Assembly (NCBI RefSeq): GCF_001194135.2
Contig: NC_068995.1
Span: forward strand, 44,333,393-44,397,392
DNA from: Octopus bimaculoides
Taxonomy: Eukaryota
Direction: 5' to 3'
Length of the DNA: 64,000 nt
Made by a program: the position numbers and the translations under genes. Positions within the stretch are counted from its first letter, which is position 1. The number at the start of each line of letters is the position of its first letter. The notes beneath the pieces are model-generated. The model saw only the letters and a program-made list of their open reading frames with translations, did no database searches and was not told where the DNA came from. Shown piece by piece: positions 12,690 through 24,940 of this stretch.

Positions 12690-13480
12690 CCTAATTCATT
12701 TTCACCATCAAATGTCAAGAATGTAATGAAGATTACATAGGTCAAACAAAGCTCACTCTAAGAAATAGACAGACCATTCACCAACACCAAATATGAGACC
12801 CCAGTACTAGACAGATTCCAGTGAGTGGACACACAGACCTATGTGCAAAAAATAAGTCCCCCAAATTCCAGGTCTTCCCACTGTACCTATGTTCAGTGTT
12901 TATCCATGCTTCATCTGTGGTATTCAAAGAGAATAGAAAAGTACAAATGCAGACTTAACAAACTTTAACAAAGTACATACGCAAATAACTATTCACACAC
13001 AAAACTCATTCTGCCACTTAACATGAGGAACCGACACAGCTAACAACCTAAACTTTAGCCACTTGACTACAGGCAAATGACTCTTGTCTACTCTCCCAGC
13101 AGACAAATTAAATTTGGAGTGCTTTGATTGTAACTAAACATGTTCACTCAACCATGTTGGCCTTCATTTTAGGTGCAAAGCATACTGCCATGTGACACAC
13201 ATAGATGTAGCGGGAAACCTACAGAAGGTTCTAAACTTAATCACATGTTCATTTTCTACAAACACTTGACAGAAAACATTCAGAGCATTGATTGTTTAGA
13301 ACTACCACTAGACTTGTTCAGTCAACCATGTCAGCCTTAACTTCGGACGTTAACATCGTCATGTGATACTAACACACGACTGTAGCAGAGAACCCACAAA
13401 AATTTTTTGAACCAGTCCTGTGACTATCCTCTACCAATCAAATCCTATTCAAAACATATACTAATTTGAGTCATGAACTC
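12690..13480 (+). mobile_element. Penelope-like element remnant: GIY-YIG endonuclease followed by diverged tandem about 165-bp repeats
   Basis: Translates as KCQECNEDYIGQTKLTLRNRQTIHQHQI*DPSTRQIPVSGHTDLCAKNKSPKFQVFPLY (C-x2-C, YIGQT, R..H pattern of PLE endonucleases). Confidence 0.75.
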
Positions 13481-13644
13481 CCTATAAAAAAACAACTGCA
13501 ACAGAAACAACGTCTTTCTATTTCAAAATTTTGAAAATTAGTGTAACCTGTGAAACCAGTTGAATCTTTAAATATAATAAAAATATTTTAACTATTCTCA
13601 GTGCATTTTCAACTTCTATTTTTCCTATACACATATACATATTT

Positions 13645-13978
13645 GTTTGTTGGCACTCCGTTGCTTACGATGTCGAGGGTTCCAGTTGATCCGATCAACG
13701 GAACAGCCTGCTCATGAAATTAACGTGCAAGTGGCTGAGCACTCCACGGATACGTGTACCCTTAACGTAGTTCTCAGATATTCAGCGTGACACAGTGTGA
13801 CAAGGCTGACCCTTTGGTGAAAGAGTACAGCAGGGTTCGCCACCATCCCCTGCCAGAGCCTTGTGGAGCCTTAGGTGTTTTCGCTCAATAAACACTCATA
13901 ACGCCCGGTCTGGGAATCGAAACCGCGATCCTATGACCGCGAGTCCGCTGCCCTAACCACTAGGCCATTGCGCCTCCA
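13645..13978 (-). mobile_element. tRNA-derived SINE (family C), young GC/CpG-rich copy
   Basis: Minus strand head GGAGGCGCAATGGCCTAGTGGTTAGGGCAGCGGACTCGCGGTCATAGGATCGCGGTTTCGATTCCCAG has A and B boxes and continues into a non-tRNA body. A second head lies at 16252-16295. Confidence 0.8.
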
Positions 13979-14176
13979 CATATATACACATATATACATA
14001 CACATGCACACACAGAGGCTTCTTTCAGTTTCTGTCTACCAAATCCACTCACAAGGCTTTGGTTGTCTCAGGTTGACACTGGCCCACAGTGCCAAACTGG
14101 GATTGAACCTGTAGACCACACGGTTGGGAAGCAAGCCTCATTTAATTATTCATCCATATGCATACTTATACACACT

Positions 14177-14211
<35 letters not shown>

Positions 14212-14488
14212 AACATACAGAAACACCACACACAGACATATACATAATGATCACTAATCACCTCCCCCCAAACACACACACATTTGCTACTCTGTGACAG
14301 CCCCCACCCCTAAATGATAAATATAAAATAAAGAGATAAACTGTGCAAACATTTCTCCATAAAATATTGACTCTTGACCTCCAAATAAGCGGAGGGACAT
14401 AGAAAGAAGGCGTAGAGATAAAGGAGAAAAAATTTCTTCTTTTGTGTTAAATGTTTGCTTGAAACAATCTGTTTATCTTATTTTAAAG

Positions 14489-14682
14489 GTCGTGAAGAAG
14501 GCTTTTCCTACCGAACCAGTGGGTGTTGTCTGTAAAGTTGATGGAAGATTCCAAGTTGTGGAATATAGTGAAATAACGACATCAACAGCAGAGAAACAGG
14601 ACAATAACGGACAACTGCTCTTCAATGCTGGAAATATTTGTAATCATTTCTTTACTTTAAGTTTTCTGGATGCTGTTTGTAA
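14489..14682 (+). CDS. UAP1: UAP1 internal exon (194 bp, phase 0 to 2): [64 protein letters not shown]
   Basis: [17 protein letters not shown] and FNAGNI.NHFF motifs. Acceptor cttattttaaag, donor gtaagt. Confidence 0.95.
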
Positions 14683-14829
14683 GTAAGTTAACTTCTAACT
14701 CCTTGATATATAATGAATGTCATACTTGAATATAACTTCTTTGGAAAGAGTTGTAACCAATTTTATTTTAACCAATGGGATTAACAGAGAATCTTGCCTC
14801 TCACATTATATAAACATTTCTTATGGCAC

Positions 14830-15586
14830 CAACAGACAAAATGGAAAAGGCGTTGCACCGGAGAAGGACGAGGGAAATGCACTGGAACAGCCACTCTGAC
14901 TCACAGGACTCGCACTTGCAGACAGCAATCCCTGTCCCGTTAGCGGTGAGCAGGGATGATTATGCTTTCACATACTTACCAACAACCCTTGAGCCTCTCC
15001 TATATTTAACTCCATCGTTTTCCTCAATCAGCTCTACTCTGCCTGCCTGTCCACACAGTCCAAACCACTGTGTCACCCCCACTTATTCCCACCATCCCCA
15101 ATGTCCTTCGAGGGCGTGTCTCAACACATCTTTGCCACTATCTCTCATACCATTGCTCCCTTTATCTTACTGACTCACCCACTCATATTATCTTGCACTC
15201 TAATCCACCCTCCTTTCTTCTTCAACTGGGGTATTCATGTATGTACTTTACATCGAGATTCCTATCCTGGTCCCTCTGTACCTCTGATCTCTCTTCAACT
15301 GGCACAAATTCCTAACACCCCTCCCCTGCTACTACTCCCTCCTCTCAGCTGAGTGGGGTTTCGTCTCGCAGGTGACTTGGTGACCCTGTCAGTGTTCGTA
15401 CCATGTAAAAAGCACCAGCTACATTTTGCAAAGTGGCAGGCGTTAGGAAAGCATCCAGCCATAGTCTCTATGTCAAAGCAAACAATGGAGCCTGGTGTGG
15501 GCCTTCCACCACCGCCCCTTGCCCCACCCTTACCAGCTCCTGTGGAACTGTCCAACCCAGCATGGAAGAAGAATGTTAGATGATGA
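14830..15586 (+). mobile_element. Extended 3' region of the RTE-type element, with (TGA)n tail
   Basis: 3' end identical in pattern to the other copies. The upstream C-rich part matches the reverse complement of about 57700-57880 and 24350-24500. Confidence 0.6.
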
Positions 15587-15615
15587 TATATATAGATATA
15601 TATATCTATATATAG

Positions 15616-15689
<74 letters not shown>

Positions 15690-16251
15690 ATAGGAAGTGT
15701 AGATTAGTGGAGCTCGATTTTTTTTTTTCTTTTTTTTTTTTCCCCTTTTTTTTATAGAGAAGCTGTCAGATATTCACATATATCTCTCTCTCTCTCCCCC
15801 CATCTCTTCTCTCCCTTCTCTCTCTTCTCTCACTCTCTCTCACACTCTCAGCCTTAGACTTTGCTCTGCTGTCTGAACCCTACTCTTCTTCTAGACCCTG
15901 GTGAGACCTAACATTTGTTTCAAGCTCAAAAGTTAATCTTCATGAGGTGGCAGTGATGGGATTATGTCCAGTGTTTTTGTGTTTCTGTTGTTGAAGGAAA
16001 CTGGATTTGTATGATAGACAGGGGAAGATAAGTCTCCCTTCATAGTCCTTGAAGCTGAGGTGTCAGGTATCAAGTTTGCTGATAATGTTTGGGTTTGGGC
16101 AGAAGTCAAGGGCAGTATCACCAGGAGTGGGTAATGTTGGAGGTGGCAGTAAGTAGATTGTTGATGTATAGGAATATATACAGGTGTGTATATATTTTGT
16201 TTGTGTATATGATGGATTTAATGTAGTTAGCCTACAGTTTATATTACCTAT

Positions 16252-16295
16252 GGAGGCGCAATGGCCCAGTGGTTAGGGCAGCGGACTCGCGGTCA
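16252..16295 (+). mobile_element. SINE family C head running into a 100-N gap
   Basis: ggaggcgcaatggcccagtggttagggcagcggactcgcggtca is nearly identical to the head at 13978. Confidence 0.75.
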
Positions 16296-16395
16296 NNNNN
16301 NNNNNNNNNNNNNNNNNNNNNNNNNNNNNNNNNNNNNNNNNNNNNNNNNNNNNNNNNNNNNNNNNNNNNNNNNNNNNNNNNNNNNNNNNNNNNNN
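16296..16395. other. Assembly gap of exactly 100 N (probably an unknown-size placeholder)
   Basis: Exactly 100 N; the gap at 62479-62578 is also exactly 100 N. Other gaps: 6618-7058, 8256-8595, 17712-18056, 21608-22424, 24062-24144, 29478-29487. Confidence 0.9.
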
Positions 16396-18341
16396 TATCA
16401 ATCCTGGTAAGATTTGAGTGGTGAACATTGAGAAACAAAACTAAATACATTTAATTGGATGCTTAAAATGTACAACTGATCAGATACAATTAAATAAACA
16501 ATGGTACTGGTACTAGTGTCATCGACTATGGAAGATTTGAAATCAAAATAAAATCCGTAATGTTATTTACCTATATCTTCAAGAAAGAAGTACTTGTTAA
16601 GGCATTTAGTCTTGTCTTCTACCAGGTCTATCAACTTGTCATCCTTGCTAATAACAACAGTAATAAAACATTCAACATAGACCGTTATAGATGTTCAAGG
16701 AAGGTGTTAGGTAAGAGATGAAGGAAACTGAAATGATGAAAGATTGGATTCAATGTAATAACACGTTTCTTTGTAAATCCATCAAACCAATAGTTTTATT
16801 TATTCATTTTGTTTTTTCTTCTTTTTTTTTTTTTGTTTCTCCTAAGAATACTCGCTGTTTATTATAAGTAACCGTTTAAAATACTTCTTAAATTTTAGAA
16901 CATGTAAGCAATCAGTAATTGATAAAAAAAAGAAAAATAACAAACACAGTATTTAACAACAAAGTTAATATTAAACTGAAACTGAACATCAACAAGAGTT
17001 TCTCCAATAATAAAATTAAAGGTTAACAAAACAAAAAAAAATAAATAAATAAATAAACCAGACATGTTAAGGATGAAATATCTAAGGTTGTCAACTTTAG
17101 ATATTTTACTGCAATAAACTGGAGGTTTTCAAACTGCAAAGATAACATGCAGTTTTATTATTAGTCACTTCCCCATGACTTCACAACAATCAGTAGTTGA
17201 GTTCTTGGATCTCTGACATCAACAGAAAAACTTTCTACAAAGCCCTATTGTCCCAGAAAACATTTAATGATTTGTTGTTTTGTGTTGTTTGTTTAATTTC
17301 TATTCCTTTTCTTGTATTTTTTGGCAAGAGATTTCACCTGAAATCTTGTACTGAAGTGGATATTGTTGCAACACAACACTTCATGCAACAATATATTTTA
17401 ATCCAATGCTTTAATTTTTGTATATATTTTCATTTCTTTTTTTACCTTTTCCTTTTTTTTTTTTATTTTTATATATTTTTTTGTGGGAAATTTGTCTCAA
17501 TAGAGAAAGAAATTGTGGACGAAATGAATTCTGTTTAGCAAGGACCAAATTAAGTGAGTCACAGGTCCACCACCATCAGATGCATTATTCCTGCAAGCCA
17601 AGCCATAGATACAGGTAACATACAGTAGCTCCGGCAACTTAAGACAATCGCGGAACAGCACAATCACAGAGTTATTTCCAGCAAGAGGAATAATCAACCT
17701 CTTGGAACAGCNNNNNNNNNNNNNNNNNNNNNNNNNNNNNNNNNNNNNNNNNNNNNNNNNNNNNNNNNNNNNNNNNNNNNNNNNNNNNNNNNNNNNNNNN
17801 NNNNNNNNNNNNNNNNNNNNNNNNNNNNNNNNNNNNNNNNNNNNNNNNNNNNNNNNNNNNNNNNNNNNNNNNNNNNNNNNNNNNNNNNNNNNNNNNNNNN
17901 NNNNNNNNNNNNNNNNNNNNNNNNNNNNNNNNNNNNNNNNNNNNNNNNNNNNNNNNNNNNNNNNNNNNNNNNNNNNNNNNNNNNNNNNNNNNNNNNNNNN
18001 NNNNNNNNNNNNNNNNNNNNNNNNNNNNNNNNNNNNNNNNNNNNNNNNNNNNNNNNCCATTGTGTGTATATGTGTGTGTGTGTGTGTGAGTGTTATATGT
18101 AAGTCTCAGAAATGAGACGGTGTATTAATGTGGAAGTCATGGTAACCAGATGGTGGAAAGCGCTTCAAGACGACTTAAAGAATAAGAATTATTTTTAAAA
18201 GAAATATTTATTTTGAAGAAACACAAAACTTGATAACAGAAGAAACAGAAGTTTCTTTTCATCATCATCATCATTATTATCATCATTATTATTATTTTAT
18301 TGTTGTTGTTAGCATTATTATTATTATTATTATTATTATTA

Positions 18342-18386
<45 letters not shown>

Positions 18387-20168
18387 GCTGAAGGGAAAAA
18401 AAGTCTTTAATAATAGCATCTCATGATGTTCTCTGGTTAGAACATGGATTCAGGGTTAGAGTGAGGTCAATGATGTGACCGGAGGGAGGAGGGAACGGTC
18501 AGTCAGGTGCCCAAAGGGAGGGGGGAGTGAAGAGGTCAGTCAGCCATTACTGATTCACTGTGTAACAGTCAATAAGTAGTTAACTTAGTACAAGGTTAGT
18601 ACAAGCTGCGTTGGTGAACAGCTACAGTAATAGTCAGTACAGACTGTTAGGAGTTAACAAAGCTGTGTTTGATCTGGACAATATTGTAGAGGTTTCATTT
18701 GAAGGAAAATAATTTAATTCACATAGAGACGGAGGGGAGGAAAATTCAATAACAAATAACATGCACACATACATACACATGCATTTTCTCTCTCTCTCTC
18801 TTTCTCTCATTCACTTACTCTCTGTCTTTCTCTAGTAAAGCTTGAGGGAATAATTTTTTTACATAAGCAGGCAAGTTCTAAAAAGTTGTGACATTCATAC
18901 ATCTTCCAACAGTATGGATTTAAATGAAGCAGATCAAAATTGTAGAGGACTCAGTTTATGGGACCATGTCATAATCATAACAACAACAATAACCAATAAT
19001 AATAATAATCATAAATAATAATAATAACTATAATAATGTTTTAAAAACAAAAAAAATAATAATTTGCTGTGGTGGTAGCAAAATAACAGAGATTAGCAGT
19101 GGTGGTGGTTTCATACAAGAGGAAGGGAAGGAGAGAAAAAAACATGCTTTTCCTTTTTCTTTTTTTTTCTTTTTCTTGTTCTACTGTAAACAAAATTTTT
19201 GTTTTAAAAAAATGGCTATATAGTTAAGTTATTGTTAACAAGTAGTTATCTCTTGTTAGCTTTAGACACATAGCTATTGCTTACACGGTTGTGAAGATAG
19301 CCACTGTGCGGATAGTTATTACTATTCTGACAACATAGGGTAACACTGCTAACCCAGCCACCTTTTAGACAGCTATTGTTGACCTATAGCTACCTTGGCT
19401 TTTTCAGCAAACTATCAATTTAACTCTTTTTCCAACCGATCACATTCCGCTAAAGTTTTACAATCAACAGTGTTTGTGTGTATCAACATTTTGTTGTTAA
19501 CAAAAAATTACAAAAGAACAACAATAACATGGGCAGATGAAGACTGGCGCTCTGTTGTTTTCTTCATTCACACAACAAAGGACAGAGAATCTTTAAACAA
19601 AAACAGTTGATGTGAAATAGAAGAATTGTATAGCATAACAAGGTTTTTTTTCTCTCTTTCTTTGCGTTCGGTTTTGTAGGAGGGGTTGTGATATTTTTGT
19701 AACTGTTTCGTGTTTACTGTAACTTTTCTTTTTTTTTTTGGCAATCATTTTATTTTATTTTATTTTATTTTATTTCTTCATTCTTTGTTCTTTTTTGTTT
19801 TTTTTTTTGTTGTTTTTTTTTTGTATTATAACATTTGTCAGTAGGTTGGGGTGTTTAACAAATAAAAGTTGAGCTTCAAAATAAACCAGTAAACTTTCTT
19901 TGAACACGCAAAGCAGGCTCGGTGTAGGTTTAACAAGAGGATGGAAAAGAAAAAAGAAATTAAACAAATTTTAAGAAACTGAGTCATAACAGTATGTTGA
20001 AGAAATGGTAAAGGTTTTCATAGTGTCCCTGTTAAGGGATGCCTACTGTAAATGGGACCCTTCCTTACACACTCCCTATTTTTCTTAAAAACTAGGCCCT
20101 TCTGTACAAAATTAAAAGTCACTCAGTTGAAAGACAACAATTTTTTTTCAAAAAACTATAATGATATT

Positions 20169-20282
20169 TCCTATAAGCATGCCTATAGATTCCTTCTTCT
20201 ATAAGCATGCCTATAGATTTCTTCCTCTATAAGCATACCTATAGATTTAGAACTCATCTATAAGTGTGCCTATAGATTTCTT
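20169..20282. repeat. Four tandem about 28-bp units, each an imperfect palindrome (TCTATAAGCATGCCTATAGA)
   Basis: Direct reading: ctataagcatgcctatagatt core with 7-10 nt variable linkers. Confidence 0.9.
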
Positions 20283-20614
20283 GTATAGGGGAGGTGAAAT
20301 GGGAAGTTATAAAAAAACATCCAGTTCTGAGAACTGAAAACAAATTATGGACTTGGTTTGCCAAGGAACGATCATCTGCAACAGGATGATGAGATGGTTA
20401 CTGATTTCTTCAGTACATATAACAATGAGAAATGGAGGGCTAGTGAGGTTCATGTCTTTCCCAAAGAGCATTAACAATGAAATATATGAAGCATTTCTAG
20501 CTGGGAATCAAAATCTCATCAGATTGTTGATTTCTCAGGAACTTACTGGCTTAAACACAGAAGCCACCAATATCAATAATGGTTTCTGGTCTAGGCACAC
20601 AAAGTCAGCAATTT

Positions 20615-20800
20615 TATGGGGAGAAGGGTCAGTTGATTACATCAACCCCAGCAATTAACTGGTACTTTTTTTATCAACCATGGACGGATGAAAGGCAAAG
20701 TTGACCTTGGCGGGATTAGAACTCAGAATTTAAAAAGCTGAAAGAAACACACTAGGCGTTTTTTCAAATTGCTCTAACAATTCTGCCAGTTTGCCGCCTT
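20615..20800 (-). mobile_element. SINE family D (CORE-like) copy
   Basis: ctggtact..tttatcaacc..gatgaaaggcaaagttgaccttggc..aactcaga..ttctgccag..gccgcc. Also seen at about 25915-26135, 27770-27930 and 53060-53275. Confidence 0.65.
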
Positions 20801-21561
20801 AATGATAATAATAACAACAACAATAATAATAAATTATGATTTGATTTGACACAAGGCCAATAATCAGGATGGTGATGATGAATATGATGATGATGATGAT
20901 GATGATGATGACAATAAAAAACAGTCATAGAATTTAGATTATTAATAACGATGTTGTCTTCCTTTGTATTGACTTTATTCCCCCCTCACCCAGCTATGTA
21001 CAGGACAGGATATGATGTGGGGGGTGGGAGTGCAGGCAGGCAGGCAGAGAGAGAGGACAGAGTGGGGGGTGGGGTAGGTGTTTGTAAAGGAGAAGATTAG
21101 TTGCAGCGTGTAATTGGGCTGAAATAGATATACGAGAATTTCAGGAAGAAAATGTTTCATTCATTTCTCCTGAAGAACATCCCTGTATCTTACTTTTTTT
21201 CTTTTTTTTTTATCAAATACTGGATATTTGACAGGGAGCTGTTTAGATGTAAGTTTACTCCAAATGTATGCATGAAGGCATGAGTGTGTATACACATTAG
21301 TGTATGCAAACACATAAGAAAGCATGTATGCATATATATATATATATATATATATATACACGCACATATACACACTCGTTATATATATATGCATATATGT
21401 GTGTGTATATATATACTTATACACACATATATATATATATACACATATACACTAGTACACAAACAATTATTCATAAATATATATTCACAGATATACAGTT
21501 ACACACATCTATATTCACACACGCACACACACACACACACACATGTACACACAAATGTCTA

Positions 21562-21607
<46 letters not shown>

Positions 21608-23533
21608 NNNNNNNNNNNNNNNNNNNNNNNNNNNNNNNNNNNNNNNNNNNNNNNNNNNNNNNNNNNNNNNNNNNNNNNNNNNNNNNNNNNNNNNNNNNNN
21701 NNNNNNNNNNNNNNNNNNNNNNNNNNNNNNNNNNNNNNNNNNNNNNNNNNNNNNNNNNNNNNNNNNNNNNNNNNNNNNNNNNNNNNNNNNNNNNNNNNNN
21801 NNNNNNNNNNNNNNNNNNNNNNNNNNNNNNNNNNNNNNNNNNNNNNNNNNNNNNNNNNNNNNNNNNNNNNNNNNNNNNNNNNNNNNNNNNNNNNNNNNNN
21901 NNNNNNNNNNNNNNNNNNNNNNNNNNNNNNNNNNNNNNNNNNNNNNNNNNNNNNNNNNNNNNNNNNNNNNNNNNNNNNNNNNNNNNNNNNNNNNNNNNNN
22001 NNNNNNNNNNNNNNNNNNNNNNNNNNNNNNNNNNNNNNNNNNNNNNNNNNNNNNNNNNNNNNNNNNNNNNNNNNNNNNNNNNNNNNNNNNNNNNNNNNNN
22101 NNNNNNNNNNNNNNNNNNNNNNNNNNNNNNNNNNNNNNNNNNNNNNNNNNNNNNNNNNNNNNNNNNNNNNNNNNNNNNNNNNNNNNNNNNNNNNNNNNNN
22201 NNNNNNNNNNNNNNNNNNNNNNNNNNNNNNNNNNNNNNNNNNNNNNNNNNNNNNNNNNNNNNNNNNNNNNNNNNNNNNNNNNNNNNNNNNNNNNNNNNNN
22301 NNNNNNNNNNNNNNNNNNNNNNNNNNNNNNNNNNNNNNNNNNNNNNNNNNNNNNNNNNNNNNNNNNNNNNNNNNNNNNNNNNNNNNNNNNNNNNNNNNNN
22401 NNNNNNNNNNNNNNNNNNNNNNNNTTTCCTTATGTCTTATAACTTTTTTTTTTTGTTATTTTGAATGTTTCATAAAGATATTCCTAACATCCACCTTGGT
22501 GATGTGAAGTAACATTCAGCATCTGGTGAAAAGTGAAATTATTATTATTATTATAATTCTGCTTTAAACATAATATATATATTTTTTCGTTTTTGCTTTG
22601 GTTTTTTGTTTTCTTTTTAACTTTTCTTTTTTGTGTTTTTTTTTTTTGTTTTGTTTTCAATGTTAAAAATCTTTTCTTATCCAATCATAACAGGTTTGCA
22701 AGGGAGGGATTTCTGGTTCAACAAAGTGCGACCAACTCACCACAAATTTTAGTCATTAACACGAAACACAAACCGTGCAAGGTTTTAAGCAGCCATATTC
22801 TAAACATTGCAGCTGAGAACCACTGAGGAAATCTATCAGTCAGGCAATATACAATAACATTGACCTAACGGTAGAAGTGGTCGGAAGAGTAGTGCTGCAA
22901 GATTTGTCACTTGGAAACTGTATTTAGTTACTTATCACCATAATCCCTTTAAATCTTCCTACTTTGCTTAAATACCTTGTCTCCATAATGCTTACTATTT
23001 TTTATAACCAAATATCATACTACCCAACTGGATATTCAAACAAACTTTCCACAAAATATAACGAGTCCCATAGATCTTGTATTTCCAGTAATGATCGTCA
23101 TCAAATTATGGACAAAGGAAATGTGCTTAATGAGTCAAAACTAAAATGGCAACTGTGGATGCCATTTAGTACGCCCATCACTGAAGTGGTGATGAAGTCG
23201 GATGTTTAAAGTGAGCAAGCAAACTATATGCCAATGAAGAGCTTTTAAAGGAAATGGTTTCATCAAGGTGTGGGGTTTTGGTGATTGTGAGTCTGTAATG
23301 TTAATACTTATGAGGAAAAAGGATCATTTGAACAGATAAACCAGCCAGCTCTCGTTCTTAGCTCATTTCCTCTTTTCAATGTCTGCATTTTTGGTCATAT
23401 CGTCGGTGAGTACTTGCAGCATGGTTTGGTCACAGCTCGACCCAGCCAGCTACTGGAACCAGTTCAGGCCACAGTATTTTTGGCTATTTCTGAGATCATC
23501 ACCAAGCACATTCCCTCTGTCAGATGCAACATA

Positions 23534-23647
23534 CTATTGGCCCTCTTTGGACTTCATTTTGTCAGCAAATTCTGCCATTAGGTCCCGAAATCTTGACCAG
23601 GCACGCTCTGGAATGGTAATGGATCTACGATATCCACCAGGTCGAGC
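23534..23647 (-). CDS. PURA: Pur-alpha family terminal coding exon (114 bp incl. TAG): ARPGGYRRSITIPERAWSRFRDLMAEFADKMKSKEGQ*
   Basis: R.SITIPE..W.RFRD second half of PUR repeat III. Acceptor tctttgtcttcag, phase 0. Confidence 0.93.
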   Translation of the reverse strand, partial: ARPGGYRRSITIPERAWSRFRDLMAEFADKMKSKEGQ

Positions 23648-23968
23648 CTGAAGACAAAGAAATAAACAAATATAGATTGAAAAAAAAAACTGCATGTAAC
23701 AACATCAGTGAACATTAGAGTTAAAATATTAAGTTAAATATCTAACTACCAAAATGCTGGTTGTTTTTTGTGGAGAAATTGAGTCTTTTTTTTTTCCTTT
23801 TTAAAGATGTTTTTCTAATTCATAATTTAAAACTTTTACCATTGATAAACAAAAATATTGTTGAAACTCTAGTTTAGTATGTAAATAAATGTATTTTAAA
23901 CAATTACAAGTTTTTCAAATTTAGGTGCATCTATATTTTTTCCTGCGTGGAATCACCCCTCTTTTTTG

Positions 23969-24008
<40 letters not shown>

Positions 24009-24020
24009 ATATATATATTT

Positions 24021-24055
<35 letters not shown>

Positions 24056-24836
24056 ATATATNNNNNNNNNNNNNNNNNNNNNNNNNNNNNNNNNNNNNNN
24101 NNNNNNNNNNNNNNNNNNNNNNNNNNNNNNNNNNNNNNNNNNNNATCATCATTGGTATCATCATTTAATGTCTGTTTTCCATGCTGGCATGGATTAGATG
24201 GTTTGACAGGAGCTGGTGAGGCCAGGTGCTACACCAGGTTCCATTGTCTCTATTGTCTGTTTTGGCAAGGTTTCTGTGGCTGGATGCCCTTCCTAATGCC
24301 AAACACCTTGCAGAGTGTACTGGGTGCTTTTTACACGACACCAGCACTGACATGGTCACCAAGTACCTTGCAAGACAAAACCCTCTTGACTGTGTTGAGT
24401 AGTATTGAGTGGGTGTGGCTTCGTGCCAGGTGAGTGATTAAAAGTATAGAGGGACAGAGATAGGCATTCTGCTGGAGAGTACATACATGGATACTCCCTT
24501 TAGAAAAGAAAGAACAGTGAATTAGAGTGTGTGTGTGTGTATACACACACACACACACACACACATGCACATGCACACACAGAGGTTCTAATGGAGTAGA
24601 ATTTTCAGCATGCAACCACATTGTGCATGGAATAGTAATTGCTCTGCCAAACTCATCTGAGGTACACTCCTCATGGCCAAATTCTCTGCAGAAGTTTCAA
24701 ATCTCAAGTCAACTGAAACTGAAGCCATTCTGCCATATCAGATTTCAAGATTGAACTTCTACTGTAGCAAACAACACACAACGCATCTGCTTCACATTCG
24801 TTCAATAAACTGAAAGTGTCTACAAAGAGTACCTAC

Positions 24837-24940
24837 CTCTGTTAGCCGCAAAAATACACCCCGAGCATTAGAACCAACATCAAAGTAAAATATTTTCCCT
24901 TCTACACGAGCCGTTCTGTTTTCTGGTAACTCACTGCGAT
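24837..24940 (-). CDS. PURA: Pur-alpha family exon (104 bp, phase 1 to 0): DRSELPENRTARVEGKIFYFDVGSNARGVFLRLTE
   Basis: LPE...RV..K.FYFDVGSN.RGVFLR first half of PUR repeat III. Acceptor gtgtctttcag, donor gtaggt. Confidence 0.93.

Larger units (their letters stand above)
16780..23533 (-). other. PURA: Putative long 3' UTR of the Pur gene
   Basis: Transposon-poor, low-complexity A/U-rich stretch downstream of the Pur stop, with overlapping AATAAA hexamers on - at about 16795-16804. The 3' end is inferred, not demonstrated. Confidence 0.35.

Noticed and set aside
13900-13978. tRNA-like sequence (also 16252-16295 and about 43490-43558)
   Set aside because: Has A/B boxes but no complete cloverleaf or acceptor stem, and continues into a repeated SINE body.
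14823-15173. 116-aa plus-strand ORF right after the UAP1 exon
   Set aside because: Lies in RTE-derived repeat sequence and has no UAP1 C-terminal motifs.
20169-20282. CRISPR-like repeat-spacer look
   Set aside because: Linkers are only 7-10 nt, the context is eukaryotic, and there are no cas genes.
23379-23651. 90-aa plus-strand ORF
   Set aside because: Antisense shadow of the Pur terminal exon and its in-frame extension; no independent evidence of a gene.
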